From Hydrolagus affinis (Eukaryota), in contig JAAILG010001699.1 in assembly GCA_012026655.1 (NCBI GenBank), positions 1-62,952 on the forward strand: a DNA stretch of 62,952 bases, written 5' to 3'. The notes below the pieces were generated by a model. That model saw nothing but the letters and a program-made list of their open reading frames with translations, did not search any database and was not told the DNA's origin. Below are positions 1 through 13,600 of the stretch, one piece after another. Every line of letters begins with the position of its first letter. Positions within the stretch are counted from its first letter, which is position 1. A program made the position numbers and the translations under genes.

Positions 1-481
1 ACCCCCACTCTCGCCCGTCTCCACTGGCTCCCCATCCTCCAGAGGATCGAGTTCAAGATCCTCGTCCTCACCTTCGAGGCCTTACATGGCCTTGCCCCAC
101 CCTACTTAACCAATCTACTCTCCCCCTACAAGCCCACCCGGACCCTCCGTTCAGCAGGACTTGGCCTGCTCCAAGCCCCCCGCCCGAACCGCCCCACCAT
201 CGGAGGCCGGGCCTTCAGTTTTTCTGCCCTGACCCTATGGAATTCCATCCCCCAATCCCTCCATCTCGTTTCTTCTCTTTCCTCTTTCAAGGCCGGTTTG
301 AAGACTTTCCTCTTCGACCGTGCTTTTTGTTCCACCCCGAATTTTTTGACCTCCCCTACGTGTATCACCCCTTCCCGAACACTCCCCTCCCAGCTCGGGT
401 CACACTCCCCCTGTGCAGCGCCTTGGGATGTCCTCCCGACGTGAAAGGCGCTCTATAAATGTAATTTGTTGTTGTTGTTGT
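1..481 (+). mobile_element. L2-clade LINE 3' end (ORF2 C-terminus plus tail)
   Basis: Encodes [21 protein letters not shown]-type L2 ORF2 end and terminates in gtgaaaggcgctctataaatgtaat(ttg)n. Near-identical to the minus-strand copy at 30738-31220. Confidence 0.85.
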
Positions 482-637
482 TAAGCATTGACTGTCATAG
501 AGTGAATTAATGGACCATAATGTACACTTAATAATTTCAATAATTCCTGGCAGTCTATAGATCTGATATACCACTTCAATCAAAGAAAGCATGTTAGTAG
601 GTATTGAGTCTGGAAATGAAATTGATTTTGTTCCCAG

Positions 638-1620
638 GATCATGTCTTCTGGATTGATGGACAGAATGAAGCTCTCTATGGTGCCAGTAAGCTAACGGGA
701 GAGAATGTGGTGATTTTAGCTACCAACCTCAAAGAACCTCGGGACATCATTGTATACCATGAACTAATTCAGCCACCTGGTAAGAGCTCTAGCATGCTGA
801 AACATTTAATGGAACGAAACTTGATTACAAACTTCTCAGTTTGTAAACACTTGACATTTCTTCATTGTAGCATATTGTGTCGCTCTCCCTCAAGACAAAC
901 CTATTTAAATGCTATTATCTCAATTGTGCTTGTCTTCAGTTCATAGACATTTCTCTTTGACTGTGTCTACAGTAACCTATGCCCTCATTCTTGGTTCATC
1001 TTAAGCTCTTCCATTGTTGTGCACCCTGACACTGCCCTGCATGAAGGGTACTATCTGATTGGCAGCTGTATCAGTACTGTAAATCAGGTTAACTCAAACC
1101 TCATAACTGAGGTATGAATGCAACTTGCTCCAGTTGTGTACAGTACTTCAAACCTACATAGTATTTCTTGTGGGTAGGTTGGTCATATGTCTTGATCAGC
1201 ATAGCACTTCTTTCCCTTTTTCCTCCACACCCATACCACACATACACAAATAATTCACTGTCTCTCCAAATTTATAGCACAATTGTACTCTTTAACCACT
1301 TTAGTGGTTCATGTCTTACCTATGGCAACATCCATCTACTAGTGTATAGCAGATCAGTTCTTCTTTCTGAAATCTATTTATTTTTGTTCACAGGCACAAA
1401 CTTAGTTTACATTAATTGAATAGTTTGATTTGAACTGTGCTCTAGATAATCTATTGATTTTGTTCCACAGGCACAAATTGGTGCAATGAGGGTGTTAAGA
1501 ATGGCGGCTGTGAATACCTGTGTCTCCCCGCTCCTCAGATCAACAGTCTGTCCCTAAAATACTCCTGTGTGTGTCCCCCTGGGATGCAATTGAAGGCAGA
1601 TGGGCAAATGTGTACAAATG
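638..1620 (+). CDS. Module 0 (partial): last propeller exon and EGF-C exon of an upstream ectodomain module
   Basis: Exon 638-779 ([15 protein letters not shown]...VYHELIQPP, 142 nt) and exon 1471-1620 ([25 protein letters not shown]...CTN, 150 nt). The rest of the module lies before base 1. Confidence 0.9.
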
Positions 1621-4600
1621 GTGGGTTCTGCACTTTGCTACAATTCAAAGATAATCTAATCATCTGGATCAATTCAACTCATGAAGATATACAGTAGGCC
1701 ACAACTATGAAGCAGATATTGATATTGCAGTACTTTTCCTTAATATTTCTCCAAATAGTAGACATTAATATGTAATCTGTGGTAACTTTTGAAAGAAACA
1801 GAAGTAAGTTTTGCTGACATGCAGGTTTTGCAGTGTTGGAGCAGACTTCCCGTGAGACGTGTGACTTTGGTTTCAAGTTTGACATCTGCCTGTTCACTAA
1901 TGTCTATGATGTTTAAACATCTTGTCCTCTTTCTGCGTTTGAAAGCTGTAAATAGATTTCCAGACCTGGAGTTGTCTTAATTAACATTAAATTCATGTGA
2001 CTTATTTGAATTAAGTATTAAGAACTGTCAAGGAAACAGTGAAGAGAACTGGGTATGGAGATGGAAGCTCTCCTGGCATTGTGCTTAAGTTGAAGTTGGC
2101 TTAGGGCTGCCTTCTCTGCTGCCAACACTTCAAAATCACTGTTGTGGTTTCCATGTGCCGTATCCTAAATGCTCCTATAGCTGAAGTAAAATGATTTGGA
2201 AAATGGGGAGAGAAAACCAGGCAAAATGATTTGGGGAGAAGAGATAAAAATGGGGCATGGTGGCTGAAGGCTCGGCCACCAATGGTGGGACAGAGCAAAA
2301 TGAGGAACTTTCATAATAGCATTTCTATATTGTTATATTCCATAGGAATTATGTACAGTATTCCTTTACTCAAAGATAATTTTTTTCTGAATCGTATCAA
2401 ATTAGTGTCCAACTTTAAATTGGATTGATTCCAGTAGCTGCATGTGGTACAACCTTCTCTTCCCCCCACCCTACCCCCAATTTGTCTCTTCAAATGCTCA
2501 GGAACCAATCTTCCCATTTGCCCCGCCTGGTTTAATTATCCTATTCCTTTTCTCCTGTCTGTAGTGTCCTTGCTGTTCCATGCTGTAGGCAATATTTGTT
2601 TACTTCCTGATCAGTTGGCTATTCCATGAATGGCCACATTTACGGCATTAGTCATGCACTTAAATTTTTAAAATATTTGCAATTGAAACCAGTCTTCGAT
2701 CTACCCATTACTAAAGCTCCCTGTGCAGATCTGTTCCTATGCATTTCATCAATTGATTATAACTGTGGAGTGACAGCTTGGTAATGAAATACAGAAGATC
2801 ACTTATCATTCAAGTGTAAACTGAATTGAGCTGGAAATATTTAGATGCGTAACATCTAAAATAAGGCATTAAATCCAGGTTCTTGATTATTTCCTAGCAA
2901 GTCATGGAAAATCACACATTCTCACTGGAAGGGAGATTTTAGATTTAAGTTGGCACTATTTGGATGGATAAGCTTTACTATGTCATAATCTGCAGCACAA
3001 TAGTAAAATCTAGGACATCCCGCCCACTAGATGAGTTAGTTGTGTCCAAATTAGAAGTGGCAATAAATAATGCTGAGAACTGTCAGCCTGTTGCTCCATC
3101 TGCTTTACAATTGACTTCTCATAATGGAGGAGTTGGAAACCAAAGATGATTGATGAAGTGACATTGCTACTGTTCTCTTCCTCCTCATTGTTTTTGCCAT
3201 GTTTATTTCCCTGCATTCTATAAGCAAATGCTAATTAATGTTGCTTTGCCGGCAACAAATGTTCAAAACTTTTGATTTGTAGAAGGTTGAGAGAGCTTTA
3301 AGAAATCTTATTTCAAGCCAGTGAGTAAAAGTTTCTCATATCAAATCAACCACAGATGTCCTTTCTTGCCCCCCATTGAATTATGCTAATTGGAGAAAAA
3401 ACAATAGGTGTAGATTTTTGTTGTAATCATCATCTCCAAAATATGGGGTGGATTACATGCATTTGACTCTTCACAGCTACTCTTCCCTCCCCTTCTGCTC
3501 CAAATAGTTCAAAATAGTGGTATGAAGATGAGGGGTGTGAGATGGCGCAGCATACAGCTTACATTGTATTTTAACTTTCATATTTTCTCGGTCGTAAGAA
3601 ATGTTTTAATCTTGTGATGTTTCAGATAGCAGTAGATGCCATGTCAATGAATTCAGCTGTGGTCCTAGATCTATTCGTTGTATTCCTGTCTCCTGGAAAT
3701 GTGATGGAGGAAAGGACTGTGATGATGGCAGTGACGAGGATGATTGTGGTAGGCTCTTAAGAGTTTAGTTATGAATCTTTTTGAAATGGTGGTGAATGTC
3801 TAGGAGAGCAACTTCATCTAAAACACAGTTGTCATAGTAGTTTCAAGTTGCCAATAAAGATGAAACTAAGCATGTGACTACTTGAATTCAGTGATATGTT
3901 TCTAAACTCTTATTGGATTAACATCAACAATGGACCAATTTTTAAATCCCTGCCCAGCCTTACTGAACATTAATTATTGAGTGTTAACTTTCATGAAGGC
4001 GGATAGAATAAACCTCTGGATCTAGCTGATTGAATGGAACACTAAGTACATAAAAAAAATTCTTTCTATTCTTTGAAATGAGATCAACAAACTCATCAAA
4101 GACAGCTTGGTTCTATATGAATAGGACCTATCCATTCAGATTAGCTTCACCCTTCTGCCTTAAATCAAAGGAAATCTTATATTTTAGCTTATTTTCCCTA
4201 TATTTCTCATAATTCAAAAGTATTCAAAGATCCTATCGAAGAGCACACCCAAATTAGAATTTACATAGTGATGAAGCAAACCTTGTATCAAATGGTCTGG
4301 TTTAATTTTATCTTTCAGCCCAGCCTACTTGCAATCCATTAGAGTTCACATGCTCCAGTGGCCAATGTGTTTCCAAGACCTATGTCTGCAATGGGGAGGA
4401 TGACTGTGATGATGGAAGTGATGAGCAAGGTTGTAGGACACCTACCTGTGAGCCACATGAGTTTCAGTGTAATAATTTGGAGTGTATCCCACTGTCCTGG
4501 GTGTGTGATGCCAAACATGACTGTTCAGATGAGTCTGACGAATCTGCAAGCTTCTGTGTGCGCACCCTTTCTCCTGTAACCTGTTCTCCTCATGACTTCC

Positions 4601-7600
4601 AGTGTAGTTCAGGTGAATGTACTCATGAATACTGGCGCTGTGACGGAGACACCGACTGTAAAGATGGAAGTGATGAAGTGAACTGTCGTAAGTAGCTTTA
4701 TTTTCTGTCCGAGGGAACCTTTTTATGTATTTCTGAAGTACAGGCTATCATTAAATATTTCCCTGTGCACTCAGTTGATGTGAGTTATATTGAGTGCAGT
4801 GACTATAACCCCATAGACTTTCTGATCTTTAAATCTGAAGAAATGCATTTTCCTTCTGTAAATCTTGCACTCTTGTTACTTCAAACTGAGGGATTGCCTT
4901 CCAATTCTTTCAATTTGAAACCTTTCCATTCTTTGAATGAATGTTGTGTCTCGCTTCGTGAAAACTGGGTCACCTATTTCAAATTGATGTTTGATAGTAG
5001 CATAATGCAAACTTTTGTTGGAGCAATAAGCCAAGGAGGCTGCTGATGGGACAATGGTTCTGCTTGGGGAAACCTGGCTGAGATGTACTTGCTTAGATCA
5101 GGCTGGCGCTCCAACGCCTTGCTGCGGGAGTGTCACATTGTCTGCAGTAGCATCCTTTGGAACGAGATGTTAAATCTATCATCTGCCTGAACAGGCAAGT
5201 GAGATTTCAAGATCCTGAGGTGCTATTTGAAAAGATGATGGTTTCTCCTGATGACATTTTGTTTATTTCTTGGATTGTTGTGACTTTTATCCTGATTTTT
5301 CAGCTACTCAAACATGTAGACCAGATTACTTTAGATGTGATGACGGCCACTGTATTCGTGGAGGAAGGAAATGCGATGAGTTTAAAGACTGCAATGATGG
5401 CAGTGATGAGGTCAACTGCAAGAATGGTGAGCACCCAATTTAATGAAGCAAAGTGAGGCTTTCAGTTTCAAAGGCGTTCGGTTTGACCTTTGTTTTTTTC
5501 TCTGCAGTTTCAGAGTGCAAGGAACCAAATAACTTCAGGTGTCAAAGTGGAGAATGTATAGACATCACCAAAGTGTGTAACCATATTCAGGACTGTAGGG
5601 ACTGGAGTGATGAGCCCTTTAATGGATGTAGTAAGTGCTTAAGGCTTGCAGTTATTGTTATCAGTTTAATCATAGAGCAAAGTCTCAAGTATGTTGTATA
5701 TCATGGAAGTTGATCTTTGATCTGTCAATTTTCTAAACATCTTGATCACACAGCAGTTTAATGTTGTGCCTGGTGGGGTACTGAATGGAGGAAAACAATT
5801 GCTTTCCCAGAGGACTTGTTCAGTGACCACACTTTCAGCTACTATGTCCCAAAACTCTGGAACACTCTTCATCTATTCCTTCACCTTGCTCCTTCCTTTC
5901 CATCTTCAGGTCATGCTAGAAAACCTTCCTGTTTGACCGCTGGTGTGTGTTCCCTCTTTAGAGAAAGGCGCACTACAAAATTATTAAGGCAGTAATGATT
6001 CCTTTTCTGCTGTTTGAATCTGGGACTCGAGTTTTAAGATCAATTTCTATTTAATCAGTTGGCTTTGCTGGCAAAAAGCCTTGTGTGTGATTATCGAGTC
6101 AGAAGCCATCGTTGCAACCAACTAATTTTTGTAAGGGTTAAGGCTACCAAAGGCTGTTTTGCCATGGTTTTTGTTAATAAATGTGATATCTGATTTTTTT
6201 TTCTGCTCCCCAAAAGCATTTGAAACCATTTCGCCCATAAATATACAGTTAATTCTGTGAAGCACTTTGAGACGTCTAGAAGATGTGAAAAACGCTGTAT
6301 CAAATGCAAGGATAATTATTATTATTATTGTATTGAAATGTGAGGCTTCTCTTTCTAGAGGTGAATGAGTGCCTGGTGAACAACGGTGGCTGCTCTGACA
6401 TCTGCAAGGATCTGGTCATTGATTACGAATGCGATTGCCCACCTGGTTTTGAGCTGGTTGATGGAAAGAACTGTCGTGGTAAGTTGGCCGATTCATAACC
6501 AGTTTCAGAAGATTTGACCTCTGATAATGAAACACTAATCCATTGCAAATTCTCTCACAGATATTGATGAGTGTCAAAACCCTGGAACTTGCAGTCAAAT
6601 TTGTATCAATTCAAAAGGAAGTTATAAATGTGAATGCCGTGCAGGATATCGCATGGATCCAGCTTATGGGCTTTGCAAGGCAGTAGGTGGGTATGTTTTT
6701 AACAAGCAGTGACTTTCACCTAAACTCTATTGCCAATTGCTATAGGTACAAGTCTATGGGTGCTGGGAAAAGCCCACTTGTACGTGATGGATGATTAGAA
6801 CTGTTGCCATTCCTTACCTAAGTCTCTAATTCTGTATTTCACCTGTCTTGTATCTGATGCAAATCCAACCAATTTTTCCAATTGCCTATCTATTATGATA
6901 ATTGCCACTTCTATAGTATTAGCCCAGTATTAGTCCCATTTTAATATTGATTTACAACACTGTTCACTTGACCATGTTGTAAGGCATGGATAAAACCAGT
7001 CCCAATATGTGGACTGACCCTTCTAAATTATTAATCCAATTGAATTTAGCTCCTAGGGAATTATAGATAATGCAACATGAGTATTTTGTTGCAGATTCCT
7101 GTAGAGTACACACTGGAAAGCATTGTGAATGCAAACGTGTTGAATATCAATGGCGATCTTGATCTTTTTATATCACATATAAAGTACCAATATAATTTTA
7201 ATTTTGCTCTTCACAAATCACTGGCAAGAGTATTTCAGAATTCACGATGGGAATGAATAACCTTGGAACTAAATCTTTGACCTTTCTGATAGGAAAGGAA
7301 CCCTACCTGATCTTCACTAATCGCCATGATATCAGGAAACTGGGACTCCACCACAAAGAGTACACCCAGGTAGCTGTGCAGCTGAGAAATGCAGTAGCAT
7401 TAGATGCTGACATTGCTGCACATAGGATCTTCTGGGCTGACTTGGGAGAGCAGGCCATTTTTAGGTAGGTAAATACTGAACAGCAATCGTAATCCTGAAG
7501 CTACAATACTGTAGCAATACTGTAAGTATACAATTGCAATACTGTAACGCCCATCGACAATACTGTCCTATCTGTTAACTTCTATCTGTTTTCTAGAAGA

Positions 7601-10600
7601 TTCCTTGTGATAGTTAAAGCACAATGTTGTGGCTATGTGGGGGCTTATTTAAACATATAATCAGGCTTAACTTTAAATGATTATGATGCTTCATCCAAGC
7701 CTGTGCATAACTGAATTTATTAAAACCTTGTGCAGCCGCTTGTTTATCTTCATTCCAAAAAACTTTGAACTTGTATCTGTGCACTGTATGACAATTTATT
7801 ATTATTATCATGGGCTTAAAGTTGATGCATTTGACACTGATCTAAGAGACTAGTTTAAAATAATCCAACCATAACCATATCACTTTGCTTTCTGCATGTA
7901 CAGTATGCCAATTTAGTCTTTACAAAACATTTTTCAGAAGTTTTGTTAGTTGAGTAAACTAAAATTAAATTGCTCTTATGAGCAGTTTCAACATAGTGTA
8001 CAGAATTAGATCTTCATGCTATGCACTTTTATTTGCAGCATGTCCATGAATAAGTGGGAAGGCACAGCTGGTATACTCAGACCGGTCAAGGTTGCCCAAA
8101 TGCCTGTGGGAATTGCTGTAGACTGGATCTACAAACACATCTATTGGACTGATCGTGGCACTAAAACCATATCTGTGGCTACCTTTGATGGAACCAAGTC
8201 AAAGATGCTTTTTGACACTGACTTGAGGGAGCCAGCTTCTGTAGCAGTTGATCCAATAACAGGGTACTGAACATTCCTATGGATGAATGTGTCTTGGTTG
8301 AATATAACATGCGATGCCTTTGTTTAGATAACAAAACATGACTAATTACATATCTCATTGTGCTATAAGATTGCAGGCAAATATGTTGAGTTTGAAAACT
8401 CTAATATTAGAGTATTAGGCTGGGTCAGCAAAATAAGCTGAGGGGAAAGAACTTACTAGGATTTTGTTTTTGAAAATATTTATTTATAAATATATTTATG
8501 ATATGAATCCAAAACCAAATACAAGACAGAAAAAACGCACACAGATTGTGCACAGATTTTTCCGGATACGCTTCCTTTAAACAGTTGGGAGTTGCTCCTG
8601 TGTGCACCGTGATCATATTCATTCCCATGCACACCCTGAGAAGATTACCTGCCATTTTCGGAAGGTGTCCTAATGTGCACCATGGTCTATTTTACATACA
8701 TTTCTGGACGTTCTTTGGTTACACGTTGAGCGTCCTTCTGTACCTTTATGCTTTTGCTTTAAAACCCTGTTTTGGGGCCACTCATGGACTACCCAGTAGG
8801 TGCGCCCTGAGTGCTTTGTGCAGGAAAGTCTCCTGCCAGGGTCAGGCCCCATCTGGCCTTCGCCACAGCTCATCCAAATTTCAGCTTGTCCCTCAGAACA
8901 TACTCCCTGATCACCAGGTTTCGGGAATGGCAAAGGGCTTCCTTTACCGAGTTTATGATCTTTCAGGCACACTCAATGTGGATTTTGCTGTGAGTACCTG
9001 GGAACAGCATCGAATGCCGCAACAGTGGGTCCCCAGGGACGAACTGTGAGAGTATCCACTCTATCTTGCTCCAAATGTTTTTGCAAAACTACACTCCAGG
9101 ATGAGATGGTCCATGGTTTTCTCCCCTCTGCAGTCAGCCCAAGGGCAGTGAGCTGACTCGCCCAGACCTCAATTGTGCATGAAAGCCCTGAGGGGAAGGG
9201 CCCTTTAAATCACCAGCCAGGCCCTGATGTTTGTTGGTCAGGATGGGTGACAAGGCATTTTGCGATATGTAGCTAGACATTGCCTCAGGCTATTTCCCAA
9301 TCTCCCCCTATTGAACCATTTCAACTACCTGTCGTGTGAACCACTTAGTGATTGCGCGGGATCTGGAATGGTATGTTATAGGAAACTCTCTATGTGGGGC
9401 TGGTGTTTCGGCACGCTCCAACTGTGTGGAATGTTTTGAGCCAGTTCTGCCAGACCCACCTTTGTTAGCACTGGGTACAGGTAGAAACCCAGTATGTACT
9501 TGCATTTATTGCCGCCGTAGCGGGTCTCCGGACACAGCCTCAGGCAACCATACACAAAGATGGCCATGAGGATCAGGGATATGTTGGGGATCCCTTTTTC
9601 CGCCCTTTCTCTGGGGCTTTGTGCATCATTTTCTGTGGGAAGAATACATCTTGGATCCTAACCCCACCCCCCTGATCAGTTGGGAAACCTCTCTGATGCC
9701 TGCAGTGGCGTTGTTCTTAGTCAAAGGCCAGACTTGGGATAGTAAAACCGAGAGGGCTTTACACTTTATCAGTAAGGTCTTACCCATGATGGACGGTGAG
9801 CACTGGCACCACGTCACCAATATTTTTTCCTCACTATGTCTAGGTGATCCTCCCAGCTTTTTGGTATGCCCCAGCAGCTCCAAACTAAATGCCAAGCACT
9901 TTGATGTAGTCTGGCTTCACCACTAATGGTAGGTGGCTGTGTTCTTTCCAGTTTCCAAAAATACATCATCTCGCTTTTCTGCCGGTTAACCTTGGCACCA
10001 GAAGAATCAAAACAGATGCAAATGTGTAGCAGGCTTGAGGCCAATTTTTGGTCTGTACAAAAGATGATGACATCATCATCCATATACAGAGAAGCCTTGG
10101 TTTGTGAGTTGTGGCTGCCCAGGATGGCGGCACCTTTGATGCTTTCGTCCCTCCTGATGGCCTGCGCAAAGGGTTCAATGGAGCTGACAAAAAGGGATCG
10201 GGGACATCCCTGCCTGACTCTGCCCCAGGATCTGTCTGGCTCAGCCCTGGGATTTGTTATTGGGAAGCGCTCTGAGAGGCTGTACATCGTGGAGGGCGCT
10301 ATATAAATCCAATTTGTTGTTATTGCCAAATGGGGAACATCTCTGTCTTGTACTGTTTACTGTGACTGTGTTACAAATGTCTGTGTAGAGCTGCTGGATC
10401 CACTTGCATATTTCCTCCCCAAAGCCCATTTTGGAGAGTATCTCATCCATGTATCTGTCAGATGCCTGAAGAAATTACTAGGATAGGCAAAAGCCAGGTA
10501 GGTACCATTGGCATTATGGGGCCAAGGAGTTGATAACATTGCTTTACTTCCCTCAACAAGATCACCTTTTGCTTTACATAAGGTGGTAAGTGACCAAAAG

Positions 10601-13600
10601 TTAACTCAATCTAAGTTTGTACATGAAAACCTTTGCTTACAAAATTATCCATTATGTTGCAGGTTCATTTACTGGTCTGACCTGGGAGAACAAGCTGCCA
10701 TTGAAAAAGCAGGAATGAATGGTGGTCATCGCCAAGTCCTGGTTAACACCAATATTCAATGGCCAAATGGCATTGCACTTGGTAAGTTACATTTAAACCA
10801 ATAGAGGGAGCACTTTTCTAATGTTTCACATAAATAAAGCCTGGTTTCTTCACTATTTCCTTCACAGATCTTGTGAAAAGCCGCCTCTATTGGGTTGACT
10901 CTAAACTGCATATGGTGTCGAGTGTGGACTTAAATGGTCAAGTTAGAATTGACTTCTTCTCCCAGTTCCTCGTTCATCCTTATGCTGTAGCATTATATGA
11001 GGTGAAATGTTTTTGGCTGGAAAAAGTTGGAATCAAAGTAGGATGTGAACTGTTATACGTTGTATGATGAATAGCTAAATTTTTGGGGGTCATTTCTTTT
11101 ATAAAATTTTTAAAAATTAGATTCTAAGAAATTGTAGATTTTCACAAGCTTTTTCATTAACATATTAAAGTTTGATTGTAAATTTTGAGCAGAGTGAAAG
11201 CTTTATCTTAAGTACTGTGCTTAAGATTAGATCAACTTCAACAGATCCTTTCCTATATGTGTGTAATATTATGAATTGAGTATTCTGAAAAGCCAGATAG
11301 ACGCAATATTCTGTTCCTATTCAGAACAGATGGCCTCTGAATAGTATTTAGCCCAACTGAACATTCAATTGTAGCAATCAACAAATAATCACAATTCGAG
11401 CACTGGTTAAATGAGACTTGCCTTGGAATAAATTGTGATTTTTTTTGTCATAGGATCGTATCTTCTGGAGTGATGGGGAGAATAACACCATCTATGAAGC
11501 CAACAAATTCACAGGAGCAGATGTGTTTGTTTTAGCTTCTAGCCTTAAAGAACCTCGGGGCATTATTGTCTATCATGAGCTGATGCAACCATCTGGTAGG
11601 AATTCAAATCTGACATGTAATATTTAACGTTGCTTTTTAAAGTGTAGGAAGATGATGCCCATCTTTCCTTAAATTAAGCCATTCATACTGTAGTTCCATT
11701 TTCTCTCTTCACCACCCCCCCCGCCCCACCAGTCTGCTTTACTGTTTAACTAGGCAAAACTGGTGACTTGCACCAATTAATTACTTCAGTGTCGTGAATG
11801 GGCTTGGCATTTTACTTTGTGCTATACAAGATTCCACACATCGTGATTTAATATCACTGAATGCTGCCTTGAGTTGATAGATGCTACCGTTTTTTTTTCC
11901 CATCCATGCCATTTTAATTGAATATCTACTGATGTTTGTCTATGCTGATTTTTCTTTTACCTTCTGCTCCATTTCACTGGAGCAGATATGTGTTTTTTAA
12001 AGTTAATATCCAATATTTAATATTGGAAGATCCCTTCAAAGTATTGGTCATTGTTGTGTCTGCTAGATTGTGTAAAAACAGGGCATCACTAGGAATTGGA
12101 AGTGCGGGGATATGAATAGCTTCTGATTCTCTCTCCAATATTATCTCTGAAGTAGAGCTCGGGTTCATCCATGCAATTTACCTTGATTTGCCATAAAATT
12201 GAATGCAATAACAGAAGAGATAGTTGAGCAGTAAATATGCTTTTCATTTATTAAATTTGATAAATTCTTCACTGATGAGAATTAAAGCAGAAAGTTGAAC
12301 TGATCTTGATGCTCAATCAGTCCAATGAACCACAATACTTGCTAATATTTACAGCATTAATTGACCTTCAAAACATCTACTTTCAAACTAGCTTTCGGGA
12401 ATCCTGCTCTGAATCTCAAGATAGACTCCAGTTTTTAACTCAGTTCTATCTACTACAGGGCTAGCTCAGACACACTCAGTGCTGGTTCTATAGATCCATA
12501 CTAACCATAAGCAGTGTTTCCAGTAATGACCAGCTGGCTTTCTGTATTGAAAATGACAACTTTGGGCTCTAAGGACACTGTCAATGAGATGCAGGAAGCA
12601 AGTTGCATCTGAACTATTGGACACTGTTTCTATGTTCCTAAAGCCATTCTTTAGATTTATCTTCCTCTCTTCATACACACATTCTAGTTTTTTTGTAAAA
12701 AAAACTCTTGTTTACAGGCAGAAACTGGTGCAGTGAGAGCTTGCAGAATGGAGGCTGTGAATTCCTGTGTCTCCCTGCTCCTCAGATCAACATTCATTCC
12801 CCAAAATACACTTGTGTCTGTCCATCAGGAAGGAACCCAGATAAAGGGGAACCATGTGGAACTGGTAAATATTTTCAGGTTTTTTCCCCACTTCGCTCAC
12901 ATCCTGCACTCCTTCCAAAAGCTGCATGGTTAATTGATTGAGTATATCCAGATCTACTTACAGTACACTACTTCCAAAACCAGTCACGGCTGTCATTGTA
13001 TTTGAAAAGCAGACGAGCTAGTATCATCTAGGGGTAAAATTTAAGAATGAGCATTTACAAGCATGTGTATTATAGCTGGTGTCAAATTAGAACTAAAGAT
13101 TGAATGAGAAACTATTGTCTAGGTTTAATTCCTAATCAGTCTTGTTAATGTTCTAATTGATGCCATGCTTCATGAACAAAACCGATGAATTGGCACCATC
13201 AACTTCCAGTTCCTAGTTGTAAAGTGTTACTAGTAAGGTAACTGTACGACTTCTTCACCAGCCAAGGCTACTTGTGGAGCATCTGACTTCAGATGCAACA
13301 ATGGACAATGTGTACTTGGGAAGTGGCGGTGTGATGGGAAACCTGATTGCAAGGATGGGTCTGATGAAAATCCAGAACTCTGTCGTAAGTATCCCCATAG
13401 GAATGAGATTGTGAGTTATTTGTTCTCTGTAAATGCTCAAGCATTCAGAGAGCCTACAATGCATTGGGTAACACTAGTTCTCCTCAGTGTCTGCACAATC
13501 TAGAATCGATATCTTGATCCTGGGAAGTCTTTTCAGTGACTGCAACAGCAATTGCTGTCTCAAGCACATGTAAGGACTATTCCTTTCTGAGTATCTTGTA

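Noticed and set aside
7503-7566. Four CAATACTG copies with short spacers
   Set aside because: Short degenerate intronic microrepeat; not CRISPR-like and no evidence of function.
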